Positions 28,801-42,767 of a stretch of 64,000 nucleotides of DNA are shown here, piece after piece. Numbering within the stretch: position 1 is the stretch's first letter; every line of letters begins with the position of its first letter. The position numbers and the translations under genes were made by a program. Under the pieces are notes generated by a model. The model was not told the DNA's origin, searched no databases, and saw only the letters and a list, made by a program, of their open reading frames with translations. Source of the stretch: Eledone cirrhosa (lineage: Eukaryota); assembly GCA_964016885.1 (NCBI GenBank), contig OZ024742.1, forward strand, positions 52,452,001 to 52,516,000. The letters are read 5' to 3'.

Positions 28801-30457
28801 AATATCCTATTCAAATAATGAATGATTCAATAACTGATTTAATGAAAGACCCAATCAAAAATAAGCCATAGATGCTTTTTGTCTTTATTGTGCAACATTA
28901 TATCATTAAATTTCTAAAATAAAATATCAGTTCCGCCTTTGTAAAATTGTTGGAGATCTTTCGCTGATTATTTAGACATTAACTAATTCATAAAAACTTC
29001 ATGTTGGCTTGTCTGAAATATTTGCCTCATAAAATCATTCATTTTAACTGAGAAAAATTACTTTGTTTCAAAAGATGGAACGAAAGGTTGACCATAAAAT
29101 AATCATTTTCTACAAATGTATCCAAACAACGTTTAGATTGGTTGAGCCATGTAGCAAGAACCACACTTGCTATATAGCAATCTATATAACAGACCTGTTA
29201 AACAAACCTTAGTGTGGAATCAAGCATCGAAAAGTACAGAGAAATGTGAACCAGGCAGATGTCAGGTTCTCCAGTCGGTTAAGAAGTTCTAATAAAACAA
29301 AATAATTATCTCTACAGAACTGAGCCAGCTGGAACGATTACATTGACGCAAGTATTTTACTACGTGGCATCTCCTAGACATTCGGTCTAAGATCATATTT
29401 CTGTTTGTTGCCGAACATTTCAATCATTAGATTTAAAGCTTCATTTTATTTTTGTAATTTTTTTTTCTCTGAAATGTGTAGTGACCTTAACATTGTTATG
29501 TCTTTCGAGCGCGGTACGACCGCTAAATTGAACAACTGGAGTTTGATGAAAATAGCAAAAACATAGACCATAGCGTGTATACGAACAGATTGATGTTCTT
29601 GGCAGGAGGAACTGTGGATAGTGATTAATGTTGGATCTGGGGATTAGACAAATTACGGTTCATGAAAGGAAGAGAGATTAGTTAGTCCAGAGATGGGAAG
29701 AAAAATGGATCTTATGTGGATTTGAAATCAGGACGAAAATGTAATGTAGACTTAGTTACCGTACCTTAAAGGAAAAATGACTAGATGCCCATCACTGGAA
29801 CGGATTTTATTATACGTCTATTATAACACAGTTGATCAAAAATGAGCCGGAGTTGAGCAACAACAACAACGACAGCAAAAATAAGTACTTCAAACGTCAC
29901 CATAACTCGAATCGTGACAACCCACCACGTACACAAGCTACATCACTCATCTAATTCAATGCTACTTTCAAGGAATTCGTCGTTGTTATAGATGTCATTG
30001 TTGTTGTCATCGTTGTTGTTTTTTGTTGTTCTTGATGTTGTTTCTGGTGGTGGTGTTGTTGCTGCTGCTATTGCTGTTGTTCTCGTAAATACACCAATAT
30101 TAATGTTGATGACTAAGGCAGTCTTTGACTAATGGATTTCATGATTGCCTTTAGGCATTCGAATATCATATTATGACTTTTGTTTTTCATTTCATCGTGT
30201 GTTTTTTTTGTTTTTTTTTATCTTTTTATTGTTGTTCTTGTCGTGATTTTTAATTGCTTGTTATGGTTTTTTTTTTTTGTCAAAATCCTATAAATGGATA
30301 TAGACAAGATGTTTAGAATCACATACATGCTTTACTTTTTTGTTATTAATGATGCTCACATTTCTTATACATGCTTTAATTGTCTCGATAAAAATAAGGA
30401 TAGTAAGAAATAGGTTGTATTACCTCGATCACCTAATTAATGGAAACGTGGCTTTAG

Positions 30458-30665
30458 CGAGGCGGCGAATTGGCATAGATGTTAAATATCAGATAGATAG
30501 CTTTGCTGTATTCGTTCCGGCTCTTTTCGTTCAGGGTTCAAAAACTACCGTGGTCGCTTTTCTATTTCAGCTTTCTAGGATTGATACAATAATGCGGCCC
30601 ATTTTACTCATTTCACCATTTCGAAAGACATTTTGGGGTTTCAAATACTGATACTGGCGATTAAT
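30458..30665 (+). mobile_element. Degenerate SINE
   Basis: ggcggcgaattggc..gtattcgttccggctct..gggttcaaa; the 30340 ORF is not supported as a gene. Confidence 0.55.
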
Positions 30666-30959
30666 GTTATGAAAAGTAGTTGGTCTGGTGGTGATTTTAT
30701 GGGTTTCTTCTGGTGTTGGTTACATCCTAATCATTTTGTTATTCGTGTTCTTGTCATTGTTCTTACGACCCTTCATTATCTTTATCTGATGCAATCTTTG
30801 TAATCCTCTCGTTTCTTTCGTACATCAACCTTTGCGGCACTACGCACAACTTAATAACAGTATTTCTAATTTTTCATCTAAACATACAGACACGCGCATA
30901 ATGGCCCGGACGCGACGAAAAGCCAACCGCTACCGGTCGAATATCCAAGAAAAATAACA

Positions 30960-31647
30960 TTAAGGTGAATTAACATTATTAACGCTATTAAAATGTTAAT
31001 CACTTTCAAATCTTATAAAACATGACTACTGTCATCCTCATTGATTTGCTGACTGTCACCCTCGTCTAGTTCCTGAAATACATCATCTTTCTCACATTCC
31101 TCGGGGTCATCGCTATGTCCAGAATCACTTGTGTCACTATCATTATACAGAAAATCATCTTCGATGCCATGTAGGGCGTTGTTGATGCCACATTTTGTGA
31201 AAGATTTTATAACTATCTCGGTTTTCACAGCACCCCACGGGGTTTTCACCCTGGGTTACCTGGGAAAGTATAGGCCTCTTCATACGTCCTGTCGGTGTCA
31301 GTTCATGTTGCAGGTCCTTCATCCAATTATCCCATTCCTCTCTCATGAGCGCTTTAAAAGGATTGTATAGTGAAACATCAATGGGGTTGTAATTGAGAAG
31401 TCAGTCTACCAGGTATGACAGCTATTCCAGTGTTTAATTTATTTTCCCACCTTACTGTATTGGTCCCAAACAAGAAGGTATACTTTCGAAAAAATGTTAA
31501 AGAGTCTAAATATTTCCTACTTTTTAATTATAACATTTTTACTTTCGGTAATTACCCCAAATATGAGCATCGCCTTATAAGATGCAGAGTGATTTTGAGG
31601 GTCAAATTTTCGGGAAAAAAGCGCGTGCTATATTCCGAAAAATACGG
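30960..31647 (-). mobile_element. pogo/Tc2-like DNA transposon remnant (DDE_1 C-terminal part plus one TIR)
   Basis: AVIPGRLTSQLQP.DVSLYNPFK..MREEW..TPTGRMKRP..KSFTKCGI; terminal CCGTATTTTTCGG with TA at 31635-31649. Confidence 0.85.
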
Positions 31648-32284
31648 TATATATATATATTAGAAATTCTCTGAATTTCTAATCTTTTGTAAATGGAAAC
31701 CGCGGGTAATAGCATTATGAACAGGTAGATATTTAAATCATTTTTTAATTCATTTAAAGGATTGTTTAATGTTTGTTTGTTCTGCTCATCAATTTATATA
31801 TATATATACGGCGATGAATAAATGTACTCTTTATAAATATACTCCGTCATCTTTGTTTTTAAGAAGTAATATTTTTCGTCGAATGCTAGAAGTGAATTTC
31901 AACCTTGTGTACCGAATGTATTTAGCTCCACATGTTGAGCGCTTTTTGATACAATCCAATCCAGCTGTAGGACACCCCTAATGGTTGACGAAAACTTATT
32001 ATGGAACAACTTTCGAACGGATTAATAAGAGAACAAAAAACAACAACTGCCTCTTATTTTCCATGCAACGCCATCCTGCCTCATATAGCCACGGACAACA
32101 GGTGAGGTTCGCCCGGCTATAACTGCACTGACCAAAACACACGATGCTCTGAGAATATAACTGACTCTCTATACATCGCCCCCACTCAGACATTTATCAC
32201 AGATTTTGCCTTAAATTATTTTCCTACATTTCCTTTCCTTCATTCTCTTCATAATTCCTTTTTACCTTTATATATATATATATA

Positions 32285-33178
32285 CGAGGTGGGTCAGAAA
32301 AGCTCCAGGACTGATATCACAAGATTTATTTCAAACCTAAACTTCACACTAAGAGTTTTCTCATCCAAAGTAATCCCCCTGGAGTCTAATGCACTTTCCC
32401 TTCCTTTTCTGCCACGCTTGCATGCACTCCTGGAAGGATTCTTCCGGGATTCTCCACAGTTCGGTCGTCACGGCCTTTTCGATGTCGTCCACGTCTTCAA
32501 AACGGGTCCCCTCCGGGTTGTACTCGAAGATCCATGACTCATCACCGGTGATGACTGTCCCTAGCAAGTCTGGTTCTGTTTCAAGACGCTCGAGGATGTC
32601 CTGGTACACTTGCATGCGTCGACCCTTCTGGTCATCGTTCAACAGTTTTGGCACCATCTTCGCGCAGACTTTCCGCATGTCCAAATCTTCAGTGAGAATC
32701 TCCCAGACGCTGTCCCGATTCATGCCCAGCTCATTTGCCATCAGTCGAACAGTTAGCCGACGATCACTACGCACCATCTGCCTGATACGCTCAACGTTGA
32801 CCTCAGTCCTGATTGTTGAGGGCCTTGCGCTACTGGGGTCATCTTCCACGTCCTCGCGTTTTTCTTTAAAGCTCTTGCACCACTCAAAAACACGTGAGCA
32901 TGACATCGTCTCATCTCCATACACTTGCTGCAGCAATCCCAGTGCATCTGACGGAGTTTTCAAGTTTGTTCGTTGCTCTGTGCTCATTGCTTGACGACCT
33001 GAAACAGAGGACATGTATATAAAATTATGAAGAAAAAAGTTTGATCGCTGCAGAGAGCTAATATTACAGTTACATACTCCAGGGGGATTACTTTGAAGGA
33101 GAAAACTCGTTGTGTGAAGTTTGGGTTTGAAATAAATATTTTGTGACATCAGTCCTAGAACTTTTCTGACACACCTCG
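32285..33178 (-). mobile_element. Internally deleted mariner transposon with ~100-bp TIRs and TA target duplication
   Basis: TIR CGAGGTG(G/T)GTCAGAAAAG. HTH plus KMVPKLL plus VITGDESW fused directly to GTRFEDV..CIRLQGDYF; catalytic middle missing. Confidence 0.93.
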
Positions 33179-33302
<124 letters not shown>

Positions 33303-33319
33303 CGTGTGTGTGTGTGTGT

Positions 33320-33355
<36 letters not shown>

Positions 33356-33389
33356 GGAACTCTTTAACCATCTTTTAATTTCTTCTTTT

Positions 33390-34470
33390 ATATATATATA
33401 TAAAGAAACATAACATGGTACAACGCACCCTCCAACCTGCAAACTATTGGACAAATGCCAAAAAATTCTTCGAAATTCTACATAAAGATTTTCCACCAAA
33501 CCACAGATACCATCAAATATTTAACAGGTATACTGTTAAATTATCATACAATCTCCAGCAAAAAATATGCAACTATAACATTTATAAATTTAAAAATAAT
33601 ATGACCACACCACCACAACATAATTTAAATAAGACTGCACCTTTTAAAAGGACAAATAATACAATCCTTCAACCTGGAAAACACAACGACCCAAATCACC
33701 AACACAAAACAACATAACACAAAATCCCAATACAACCCCAGCACTAAATCACCCACAAAGCAACACTCATTCTCTCTCTAACATTAATTACAATAAGAAT
33801 AACTCAAGGATTAATGAGAATTATATAGGTACCCCCAACAACCATCTTACGTATGGTTGTAATTGCAGAAATAGAAGCGTTTGCCCCTTAAATGGCAACT
33901 GTTTGATTAATAATGTAATATATAAATGCACTGTGTCTACTAATTATTCCAACAAATCATATATAGGATCTACCTCGAAAACATTTAAGAAAAGATATTA
34001 CGCACACTCCAGTAACTTTAAAAATACTAAACTAGCTAACACCACATCTTTAGCTGAAGCAGTAAATAACTATAAAAAGAAAAAAATAGATTTCAGGCTA
34101 TCGTGGAATACCATTCTGCAAAGAACTCCATATCTTGGGAACAGGAGAGAATGCAGATTATGTTCCGGAGAGATCTTGGAAATTACTAAGTCTAAGGAGG
34201 ATTTATTGAATAAAAGACAAGAACTGATTATAGCTTGTAATCACCGTATACGAAAAACATTAAAGTACTATAAACCTAATTAAACATTCTAAATAGCAAC
34301 TCACTATAGTTCTATGTGACGTACCATTTGTTAGTATCCGTTTCCCCTAATTATACGCCTTCCTGATTATTTTTTTTATTTTTTAACCTTTTAATTTTTT
34401 AGCTTCCGTAGATTCATGCGTTACTGACTAAGGGCATCAAACTACATAACAACGTGTAATTGCATGGGTC
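33390..34470 (+). pseudogene. 5'-truncated PLE linker plus GIY-YIG with decayed terminal HHR (34415-34466)
   Basis: FFEILHKDFPPNHRYHQIFNRYTVKLSY; CNCRNRSVCPLNGNC; VIY..YIGSTSKTFKKR; CRLC..LLNKRQE..C.H. Confidence 0.85.
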
Positions 34471-34580
34471 TACATGTATCTATTTATGTATAATAAGATA
34501 ATGTATATATATATGTATATATATGTGTGTATATGTGTTTGTACATGTATGTATAAGTGTATATATATATATATGTATAA

Positions 34581-34672
<92 letters not shown>

Positions 34673-34821
34673 TTATACATATATATATACATCATGCAGA
34701 AACAACATCTGAATATTTCTACAAAGAACATACCCGTAACCAAAGTATCGTCTTCCTGTCTTCCTCCGGTTGCAACGTTTTTTGAAATATTTACTTCTAC
34801 GTTCACAGATTGACTTTGTTA

Positions 34822-34870
34822 GTTTCAGAAGATCCCGTTAAGGGTGAAAGCAGCGATTCTTTGCTTAAAC
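34822..34870 (+). ncRNA. Type I hammerhead (U4A change) in a short element ~34690-34970
   Basis: GTTT-CAGAAGA-T-CCC(GTTAA)GGG-T-GAAA-GCA..TGC-TT^AAAC; stem I extends ACAGATTGA/TTAATCTGT. Confidence 0.65.
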
Positions 34871-34978
34871 ATTAATCTGTTATTTTAATAAATATTGGCT
34901 CTACGGTTCTTATATATTTGATATATATTTATACTTATCGAGCCCTCTTTAGATTTTAGTCTTCAAATTTATTATTAT

Positions 34979-35036
<58 letters not shown>

Positions 35037-35051
35037 TTTCTCCCAAAGTAT

Positions 35052-35086
<35 letters not shown>

Positions 35087-35813
35087 TTTGTGCGTGTAAG
35101 TATGTATTTGTATATGTTTATATCTATATATGCGTATGTATGTTTTTAATGGAGTATCAATGTAATTGTTCCTCTATCTATATATGTGAATATATGTACT
35201 TTTGTGGTCTAAGAAAATTATGCATTTTAACTATATCTCAACATGCATTTATCTGAGTTTGATTACTTATACATAGATTCACTTGAAAATATTTACTATT
35301 TTATATTTCATGATGTATATTATACTATATACAATGTACCATACTGTACTATATTATATTAAATTATATTATAATATTATATTATTATATTTTATTATCG
35401 TATTATAATTGTCATCTTTTAATATACTATCCTTCCTAGTCATGACCATTACTTTACCTATCTATATTTATCCTAGTCATTTCTGTATATTTTATATTTA
35501 CTTATTTATATTCACCTAAAAATTCCATACAACACAACTCAACATTTTATTTTTACATTCCTTTTTAAACTTCACTCCACCATCTACATTCGTCTATCAA
35601 TATAAGAATTCCTTTTTATTCATAGGTTCTTTATAGTAATACTATTTTTAACACCATTCAACCATTCCTTTCAAAGTGTCATGACCTCAACTAAAGTGAG
35701 TTATATTTCATCTTAACATCATATGGCAAAAAACCAGTTGATTGGTTTGTTCTTCAGCTACCTCCAAATAAGGTCATAGAAATCAATTTACTATTGATTT
35801 TGAATAAAATGTG

Positions 35814-35955
35814 CATTGCTTTTGACAACGGCTGATGATATACATATAAGTAAATATATTCCTTATTTGATATCTTGTAACTAACCCTACATAAATCGAT
35901 AACGAAATATGCGTACGATGTATTATTATCACCTAGAAACGATCGTAAAGCAGTG
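35814..35955 (+). ncRNA. Hammerhead with U3-A8 core and ~107-nt stem II domain
   Basis: CATTGCTT-TTGACAA-CGGCTGATGATATACAT...ATGTATTATTATCACCTA-GAAAC-GATC-GTA^AAGCAGTG; 8-bp stem I. Confidence 0.75.
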
Positions 35956-36045
35956 AAGTATATTTCTAATGACTTGAATTTTTATTTCCTTGTTTTAACT
36001 TATATATATATGTATATATATATATTTGTATATATATATATATAA

Positions 36046-36151
<106 letters not shown>

Positions 36152-36185
36152 AGATTTGAATGGATACAGTTTAGTTGAAAGGAAT

Positions 36186-36305
36186 TTATTGACACGTGTT
36201 TCTATAACAGTTACATAACCTAAAACAGCTGCTATCTACAAACTTTTAGTTATGCAGACATTCAATATTTCAATGTTATTATTTACTGTCATTTCATCAG
36301 AATAA
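36186..36305 (-). ncRNA. Hammerhead with long stem II
   Basis: TTATT-CTGATGA-A-ATGACAG...CTGTTAT-A-GAAAC-ACGT-GTC^AATAA. Confidence 0.8.
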
Positions 36306-36881
36306 TATTACTGAGGACCTATTTAGTTTTTATAGAGAATATTAGGAGGGAGGGGTGAAGTTGTTAGAAGAATAGTTGAAGGAGTGGTTTTTCGATAGCA
36401 GTGAGAATTCTTGGTGGCAGTGAGTAATTAGATTCCCATCTGTTGTTTTGACATTTTTTATAGAATATATTATTGGTTATTTTTCTAAATCTATAGAAGG
36501 ATTAGAGATAGTAAAGATATGCGTGGTTGGTTTTGTGTTTGCACTTAATTAACATTCAGACTTAAATTTTTCTTTCAAGTGTACGTATCCTTTCACCCAC
36601 GCATTCACACACAAATATATTTGCACACCTCTACAAAATACATATACTCACAATTCACATATTCATACTTACATATATATACACATGCATACACATATAT
36701 ATACACACATGTATTCATGTACATACATACGCACTCATGTGTATACATTTTCATACTCAACTTATCTTTATATACACACGTATAGACACACACATATATA
36801 CATACTTACTCTAGTCCATGTGTACACACATACACATACATACACATCTATATACACACATATACATACATATACACACAC

Positions 36882-36944
<63 letters not shown>

Positions 36945-37648
36945 CATACACATATACATACATATATATGCACTTTAATACATGAATACACTTACATCTA
37001 ACTATACACATCAAACATATATATATATTTACTTATTTATATACATTTTCACATGTATATACATACTTATGGACGTTTTTAGACACATTCATTATCGCAT
37101 ATTTGCACCTATTCTCATCAGCATATCTTTCCATTATTAGTGTGGTAATTTAAGGTTATTAATATATGTTGAGAAGAGATTGTTTTTATATTTTTCTAAC
37201 TAGATTAAGGTTTATATAGTTGGGGGATGTCCCTCTTTTATGTAATATTCGGCTTGTAGTGGGAAAAAAGGGTTTTAGTTCTGTGACGGCAGAATAATGT
37301 TCGTTCAATTCTGTTATTCAGCAGTTTCTTCTTGTGTGTAATTATGTAATAAATCTCAAGATTACACAATTTGCAGAAATTTTGGCTCCTGGAAAAGCTT
37401 TGGGTTTTAGTTAATTTCTCCCATTTTAGGGTAGATGTATATATATATATATATTGAAATGTTGGGTAAATATTCTATAGCGGTTGATCGCGAATAAATT
37501 GCTGTCGTTTATTTATCTACTATTTCTTCATAAATGCCTTTTAATCTTATAGCCTGGTTTAATTGTTTTTTTGTGTGGTTGATTATGCTAATTGGGAGAG
37601 GAAATGATGTATATATATTATCAAATGATTCTATGGACATACTTTATA

Positions 37649-37724
<76 letters not shown>

Positions 37725-37728
<4 letters not shown>

Positions 37729-38598
37729 CTGGTTACACAACAGTTAGTTCACCTTACAGAGAACAATCGTTTCACATTAGCGGTTTCTTAGCTCGTAATG
37801 GACATGGTTATACGGAACAGGAAGGACAACCGTACGAACGCGCATGCGCAGAAACGGTCACTTCATTCAGGCAATACTAAATAGCGTGCGAGAGATGTAA
37901 GGGTGATAACTGCGAAAGTTCGAAAGTTTCTACTTGATAAGAAAATTAGGATGTTGTTGTAATTCAATCCGGAGCTTTGTAGTTATGTAAGAGGTGTTCC
38001 CAGACGTGTGGACAACGTGTGAAAAATTCATTATTGAGTTTAGCCAATCGCTATTGCGTAATCTCTGTAGAATATTTATTCGTCCATCAATACATAATCC
38101 ACACGACGGATTGTCCATGGCGCATGACTTGGCCTTAGTGATGGCTTTCCATTGGATGGAGTAGTCTATACTTGAGTCCTTGAGGGACCATACGTGGCTC
38201 GTGAGTTTCGTGGATGAATGTCTGTCTGGGTATCTAAAGGTCGACTGGTGGTTCAGGAAGCGTTCCTTAAATCGGCCCTCCGCCATACCCACATAGGATT
38301 TGACCTCATGTGGTTGATTTGGTCGGTTGGAAGTGACCACAGCTTCATAAACTACAGCGGGTGTGTTGCATTGCTGTTGAAGGGGACAAGCTTCAGGCTT
38401 ACAGCAAGAGCACCTTGGTGTGTGTTTTTTTTAGAGCTGTTGGTGATGTGGGCCTTCATGTTCTTATTGCAGGAGTATCCTAGTTTTACTTTGTGTCGGT
38501 TAAAGATGGAGCGGTATTTATGACCTATGGGAAAGTGTCTATCTGAGAGGGCTAGAAATGTTTTGCCTACATTGGTTTTAACATTGAGTGAGAAGGGA
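37725..38598 (-). pseudogene. Inverted 3' portion of PLE (linker plus GIY-YIG plus 3'UTR with decayed HHR at 37759-37794)
   Basis: 38455-38598 is the reverse complement of ~40215-40360; SYVGMAEGRFKERFLNH, CGLC. Confidence 0.85.
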
Positions 38599-38757
38599 GT
38601 AGAGAACCGACTCCGGCAAGGGTCAGCAGATTCTCTTCACTACGTAGAAGTTTGGCTTTTAGCAGATTATTCACCACGTGCGAGTTTGGCTTCCTACCCT
38701 GTGAGCGTTCTCTATATCCTCGTGTCCTACACAATTTTGTGTCTCATAAACGTCAGT

Positions 38758-40364
38758 ATGGAATTATACGAACTGGATTACTCCCTGAAAAACATTCCCA
38801 CTCCCTCCAACCATGTTTACCAAAGTTTTCTCCTACAAAAAGCAGAAGATATCGCCAGACGCTTAAGATGGCGAGCCCTAGCTTTTGACGGCAAAATTAC
38901 AGGCACCTGTAACACCTTCAACCTGAAATCGAGAGCCTACCCTCCTAAGGTAACTGAACTTGCTCCTTTCGAGGCGGACCTTCTTGACTTAGTCGCTAAC
39001 ATTTCCTTTCGCAAACACCTAACACCTTTCAAACTAAACTTAGAAATGATATTAAGAAATTTAAGTCTTCTAATAACCCTTTCGTGCTTTCCGACAAAAC
39101 TAATAATATTTACGAAATCGACAACGCTACTTACAGCCACTTGGCCCATAACGATATTACTTCCACATATAAGAAAGCTAACCCCATAGCCTACCACGAC
39201 ATTAATACAGAAGCCAAAGAACTTGCCGCCGCTCTTAAGGTAGATAAGAAGCTACAATCTCTAGCTAAGCTCACCCTCAAAGATCACAAGGTAGACTTTA
39301 CTTCTAATCCCACATGTAGACTAATAAACCCGGCACGCACAGATATGGGACTAGTCAGTAAGGCCATACTTAGAAACATAGTTAAGACCATTAGGACCAA
39401 GTCCAACCTGTCCCAGTAGGAGAACAGCGACTCCGTAATTAAGTGGTTTAACTCCTTCAAATCCCAAAATAACAAGTTCACACAGTTTGACATTGTTGAT
39501 TTTTTCCCGTCGATCTCAGAGACCCTGTTAAACAAAGCGTTGGTCTTTGCTACCACTTACACCACCGTCCATGGTTTAGACAGGGAAATCATCGCTCACT
39601 GCCGGAAAACCCTCCTCTTCAACAATGGAGTAGCCCGGGCAAAGAAGTCAACAACTTCAGACCTGTTCGACGCGTCCATGAGATCGTTTGACTCTGCTGA
39701 CGTATGCGACTCGGTTGGCCTATTTATCTTAGACATATTACGTGTTAGATTCCCGGACTTCCACACGGGAATATACCGCAACGATGGACTGGCCTTATCG
39801 AGCCATAAAAGTGGTCACGACCTCGACCAGTTTAAAAAAGACTTAGCTTCTACCTTCAATGAGTTAGGACTTAGGATAACAGTAGCTACCAACCTCTCTA
39901 GCATAGATTTCTTAGACATTAATTTAGACCTTCGTACACACACCTACAGACCCTTCCATAAGCTTAACGAAAAACTCAATTACATTCACAAGGACTCATG
40001 CCATCCTCCCACTGTTTTTAGAAACCTCGTAAATAATATCAGTACTAGATTCTCAAACCTCTCCTCTAATAAGGTTATTTTTGACAGAGCGGCACCCTAC
40101 TATAACACGGCTTTAGCTAACAGCGGCTTCTCGCAACCTATCACTTACTCTCCCACTAACAACAACAGCAATAAGAAAAGAAAGCGTAACAATAGACAAA
40201 CTATCTGGTTCACTCCTCCCTTCTCACTCAACGTTAAAACCAATGTAGGCAAAACATTTCTAGCCCTCTTAGATAGACACTTTCCCATAGGTCATAAATA
40301 CCGCTCCATCTTTAACCGACACAAAGTAAAACTAGGAAACTCCTGCGCTAAGACCATGAAGTAA
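38758..40364 (+). pseudogene. PLE reverse transcriptase, frameshifted and 3'-truncated
   Basis: YSLKNIP, RRLRWRA, TLKDHK..CRLINP, QFDIVDFFPSI, GIYRNDGL (YRDD mutated), IDFLDINLDL, WFTPPFS. Confidence 0.9.
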
Positions 40365-40894
40365 TTTTGAATTTATAAATACTCGGCATGAGGAGGTTCA
40401 ACAAATTAACTTTATTATTTCTATTTGTCCTTTTAATTAGCTGTTCTCTGATATCTAAAATACAAAATTTTGTTAAGAAATGTCTATTTTATTGGCTCTG
40501 TTATCCTTGGCTATATAAAACATAACGGTTCTAACTCCACCTACTTCCACGGTTCTGTCTTTTTTTTACATCTACACATTGACACCAATATCTAATATTT
40601 CTTTCTTTTGTGATACATCCATTTACTCTAAAATACTTTTCAGAACATTGAAAGCAAATTTACTCACACACATATATATATATATGTATGGGGGGGGGGG
40701 GGTCTGTATGTGTGTGTGTGTATGTGTGTGTGTGTGTGTGTGATGTTATAGTGTAGTATTATTTTCTTTGGTAATATGAGGTAAATGCGATACACTTTAC
40801 CGTCCTTTGCCTTTCTAGTATTGAGGGCGCTTCAGGTAGCAAAGCATTTATAATTCAAAATCCTCAGAAAAAAAGGATTTTTTTACAATTTTGA

Positions 40895-40935
<41 letters not shown>

Positions 40936-40977
40936 ACTATGTATATATACACACACACACATATATATATATATATA

Positions 40978-41840
40978 TCCAAAATTAAGATAAATTAAAT
41001 GAATTCAATCTAAATCGAAATTGTGGGTGTCACGCCTTAACGGTGTGCGCCATATCGCCCGGAAAATAAGCTCAAAGACTTTCTAGGTGCGAGCATTTAA
41101 TAACTAGAAATTGATTAACATATATATAAAAAAATATAAACATGAATAATCACAGGAGATAATTTTTACAAGCGTGTAACCACGCATGGCTAGTAGGTAA
41201 CAAATAAATAAAGTTAACTAGAACTTCAGAAATAGATACCTTTTAATGATTAATCTTCCCTGAATATATTTCATTAAAGAAATATATTTCACCAATTAAT
41301 TAGATGGTAAGTAATAGAAAGTGGATATTATTGGATTATCAACAAGGAAGAACAATATTCAGCAATCCATGTTTACACTTCGAGTCAAAATCTTTAACTG
41401 GCCGCTACCACGTGTTGTTTTTACACATCACAGCGGCTTCGTTTCAGTGGCGTAAATAGGTATTCGACAACTAGAAATAGCAGTCAATACCCTTCAACAG
41501 AGTTAGCTCTACAATTAAGGAGCCGTATTAATATATCTATATCCAAAATTAAGATAAATTAAATGAATTCAATCTAAATCGAAATTGTGGAAAATCGCCC
41601 GGAAAATAAGCCCGGAAAATAAGCTCAAAGACTTTGTAGGTGCGAGCATTTAATAACTACAAATTGATTAACATATATATAAAAAAATATAAACATGAAT
41701 AATCACAGGAGATCATTTTTACAAGCGTGTAACCACGCATGGCTACTAGCCATGCGTTGTTTCACGCTTGTAAAAATTATCTCCTGTGATTATTCATGTT
41801 TATATTTTTTTATATATATGTTAATCAATTTCTAGTTATA
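40978..41840. mobile_element. 564-nt partial tandem element with fold-back end, no hammerhead found
   Basis: 40978-41193 repeated at 41542-41745 (offset 564 at the start); 41746-41840 inverted; flanked by (TA)n; related copy 42768-43000. Confidence 0.7.
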
Positions 41841-41850
41841 TATATATATA

Positions 41851-42055
41851 CAGTGGCGGATTGGGTCTAAAAATATTGGTTGCCAGGAGATAAAGGGGAC
41901 CCACCTTCAAATAGAATGCTATCATTTAATTTTTATAATGAATAAATAACATTTTCAAAAAATACATAAGTGGAAACAAAACAGTGCAATCACAATTTTT
42001 CGGAAAAATATCTTACCTTCTCCAATAAAAAACATTATGTATTTTGCGAAATCCA
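41851..42055 (+). mobile_element. hAT-like MITE end
   Basis: CAGTGGCGGATTGG terminus; homologous to 43092-43295. Confidence 0.5.
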
Positions 42056-42074
42056 GCGATTTTCAATAATGACC

Positions 42075-42530
42075 AGAAGTCGACCCTAAATATTACTAAC
42101 AGCTCTAGAGAAGCCATGAACTACACCACATGTTTTTAACTTCGATTTTTAAAGTACGTTTATAATTATCAATTTTCATTATGCTTTTGTAGCTGTCTCG
42201 GGGGCCTCGTTGGAGTAATTATAGACGGTGGTGATCCCGGGCTGAACTTCGATAGTGGTCGGCATTAGGGTTCACGGGAAATCTCTTTAGTTTTTTTTTT
42301 CTATTGGTTGTAAAATAATAACAGAAAAAGGTTACCTCTCGACCAGAATTGAACCCAAAGTCAAGATTTACATCGTCTCTAGTACATACCGCTAGACCAC
42401 AGAGACAAATACGAAACTCTTATGAAAATTCATATTTATAAACCTACTTTCAAAATTTTCAAAGCAAAATAATGTGGTGTCGTTCAGGGCTTTCTTAATG
42501 TTATTGCTCCTACTTAAGGTCGACTTCTAA
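42075..42530. mobile_element. TIR-bounded MITE-like element with internal tRNA-like segment
   Basis: gaagtcgacc...caccaca / tgtggtg...ggtcgacttc inverted ends; minus-strand TGGTCTAGCGG (A box) and GGGTTCAATTC (B box) at ~42340-42405. Confidence 0.45.
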
Positions 42531-42767
42531 ACCATTTGGGTGTTCTATAAACTCATCTATCTAGAGTACATTTTAACCTCTAATTCATGTTTCATTTCTG
42601 TTCCACCCCATTTCTCCCCTCCTCTCTCTCTATCTCTCTCTCTCTTTTTTTTTCCCTTTCTCTCTATGATATTTGAATCTACTATGATTAAGTCTTAGCT
42701 TATTCCTATATATATGTTTTTGCATGTCAGTTAAATTCAAACTTACAATGATTGGCATTATATATAT

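Noticed and set aside
40780-40860. Minus-strand CTGAAGC..GGC-AAAG as a hammerhead; similarly 59445-59480
   Set aside because: Too many core changes to call
41030-41075. Twister ribozyme (TAAC...GCCCGGAAAA)
   Set aside because: The required complementary P4 strand and pseudoknot partners are absent
41470-41482. CTAGAAATAGC resembling the sgRNA scaffold
   Set aside because: Short match only, with no flanking scaffold; it is a local repeat motif
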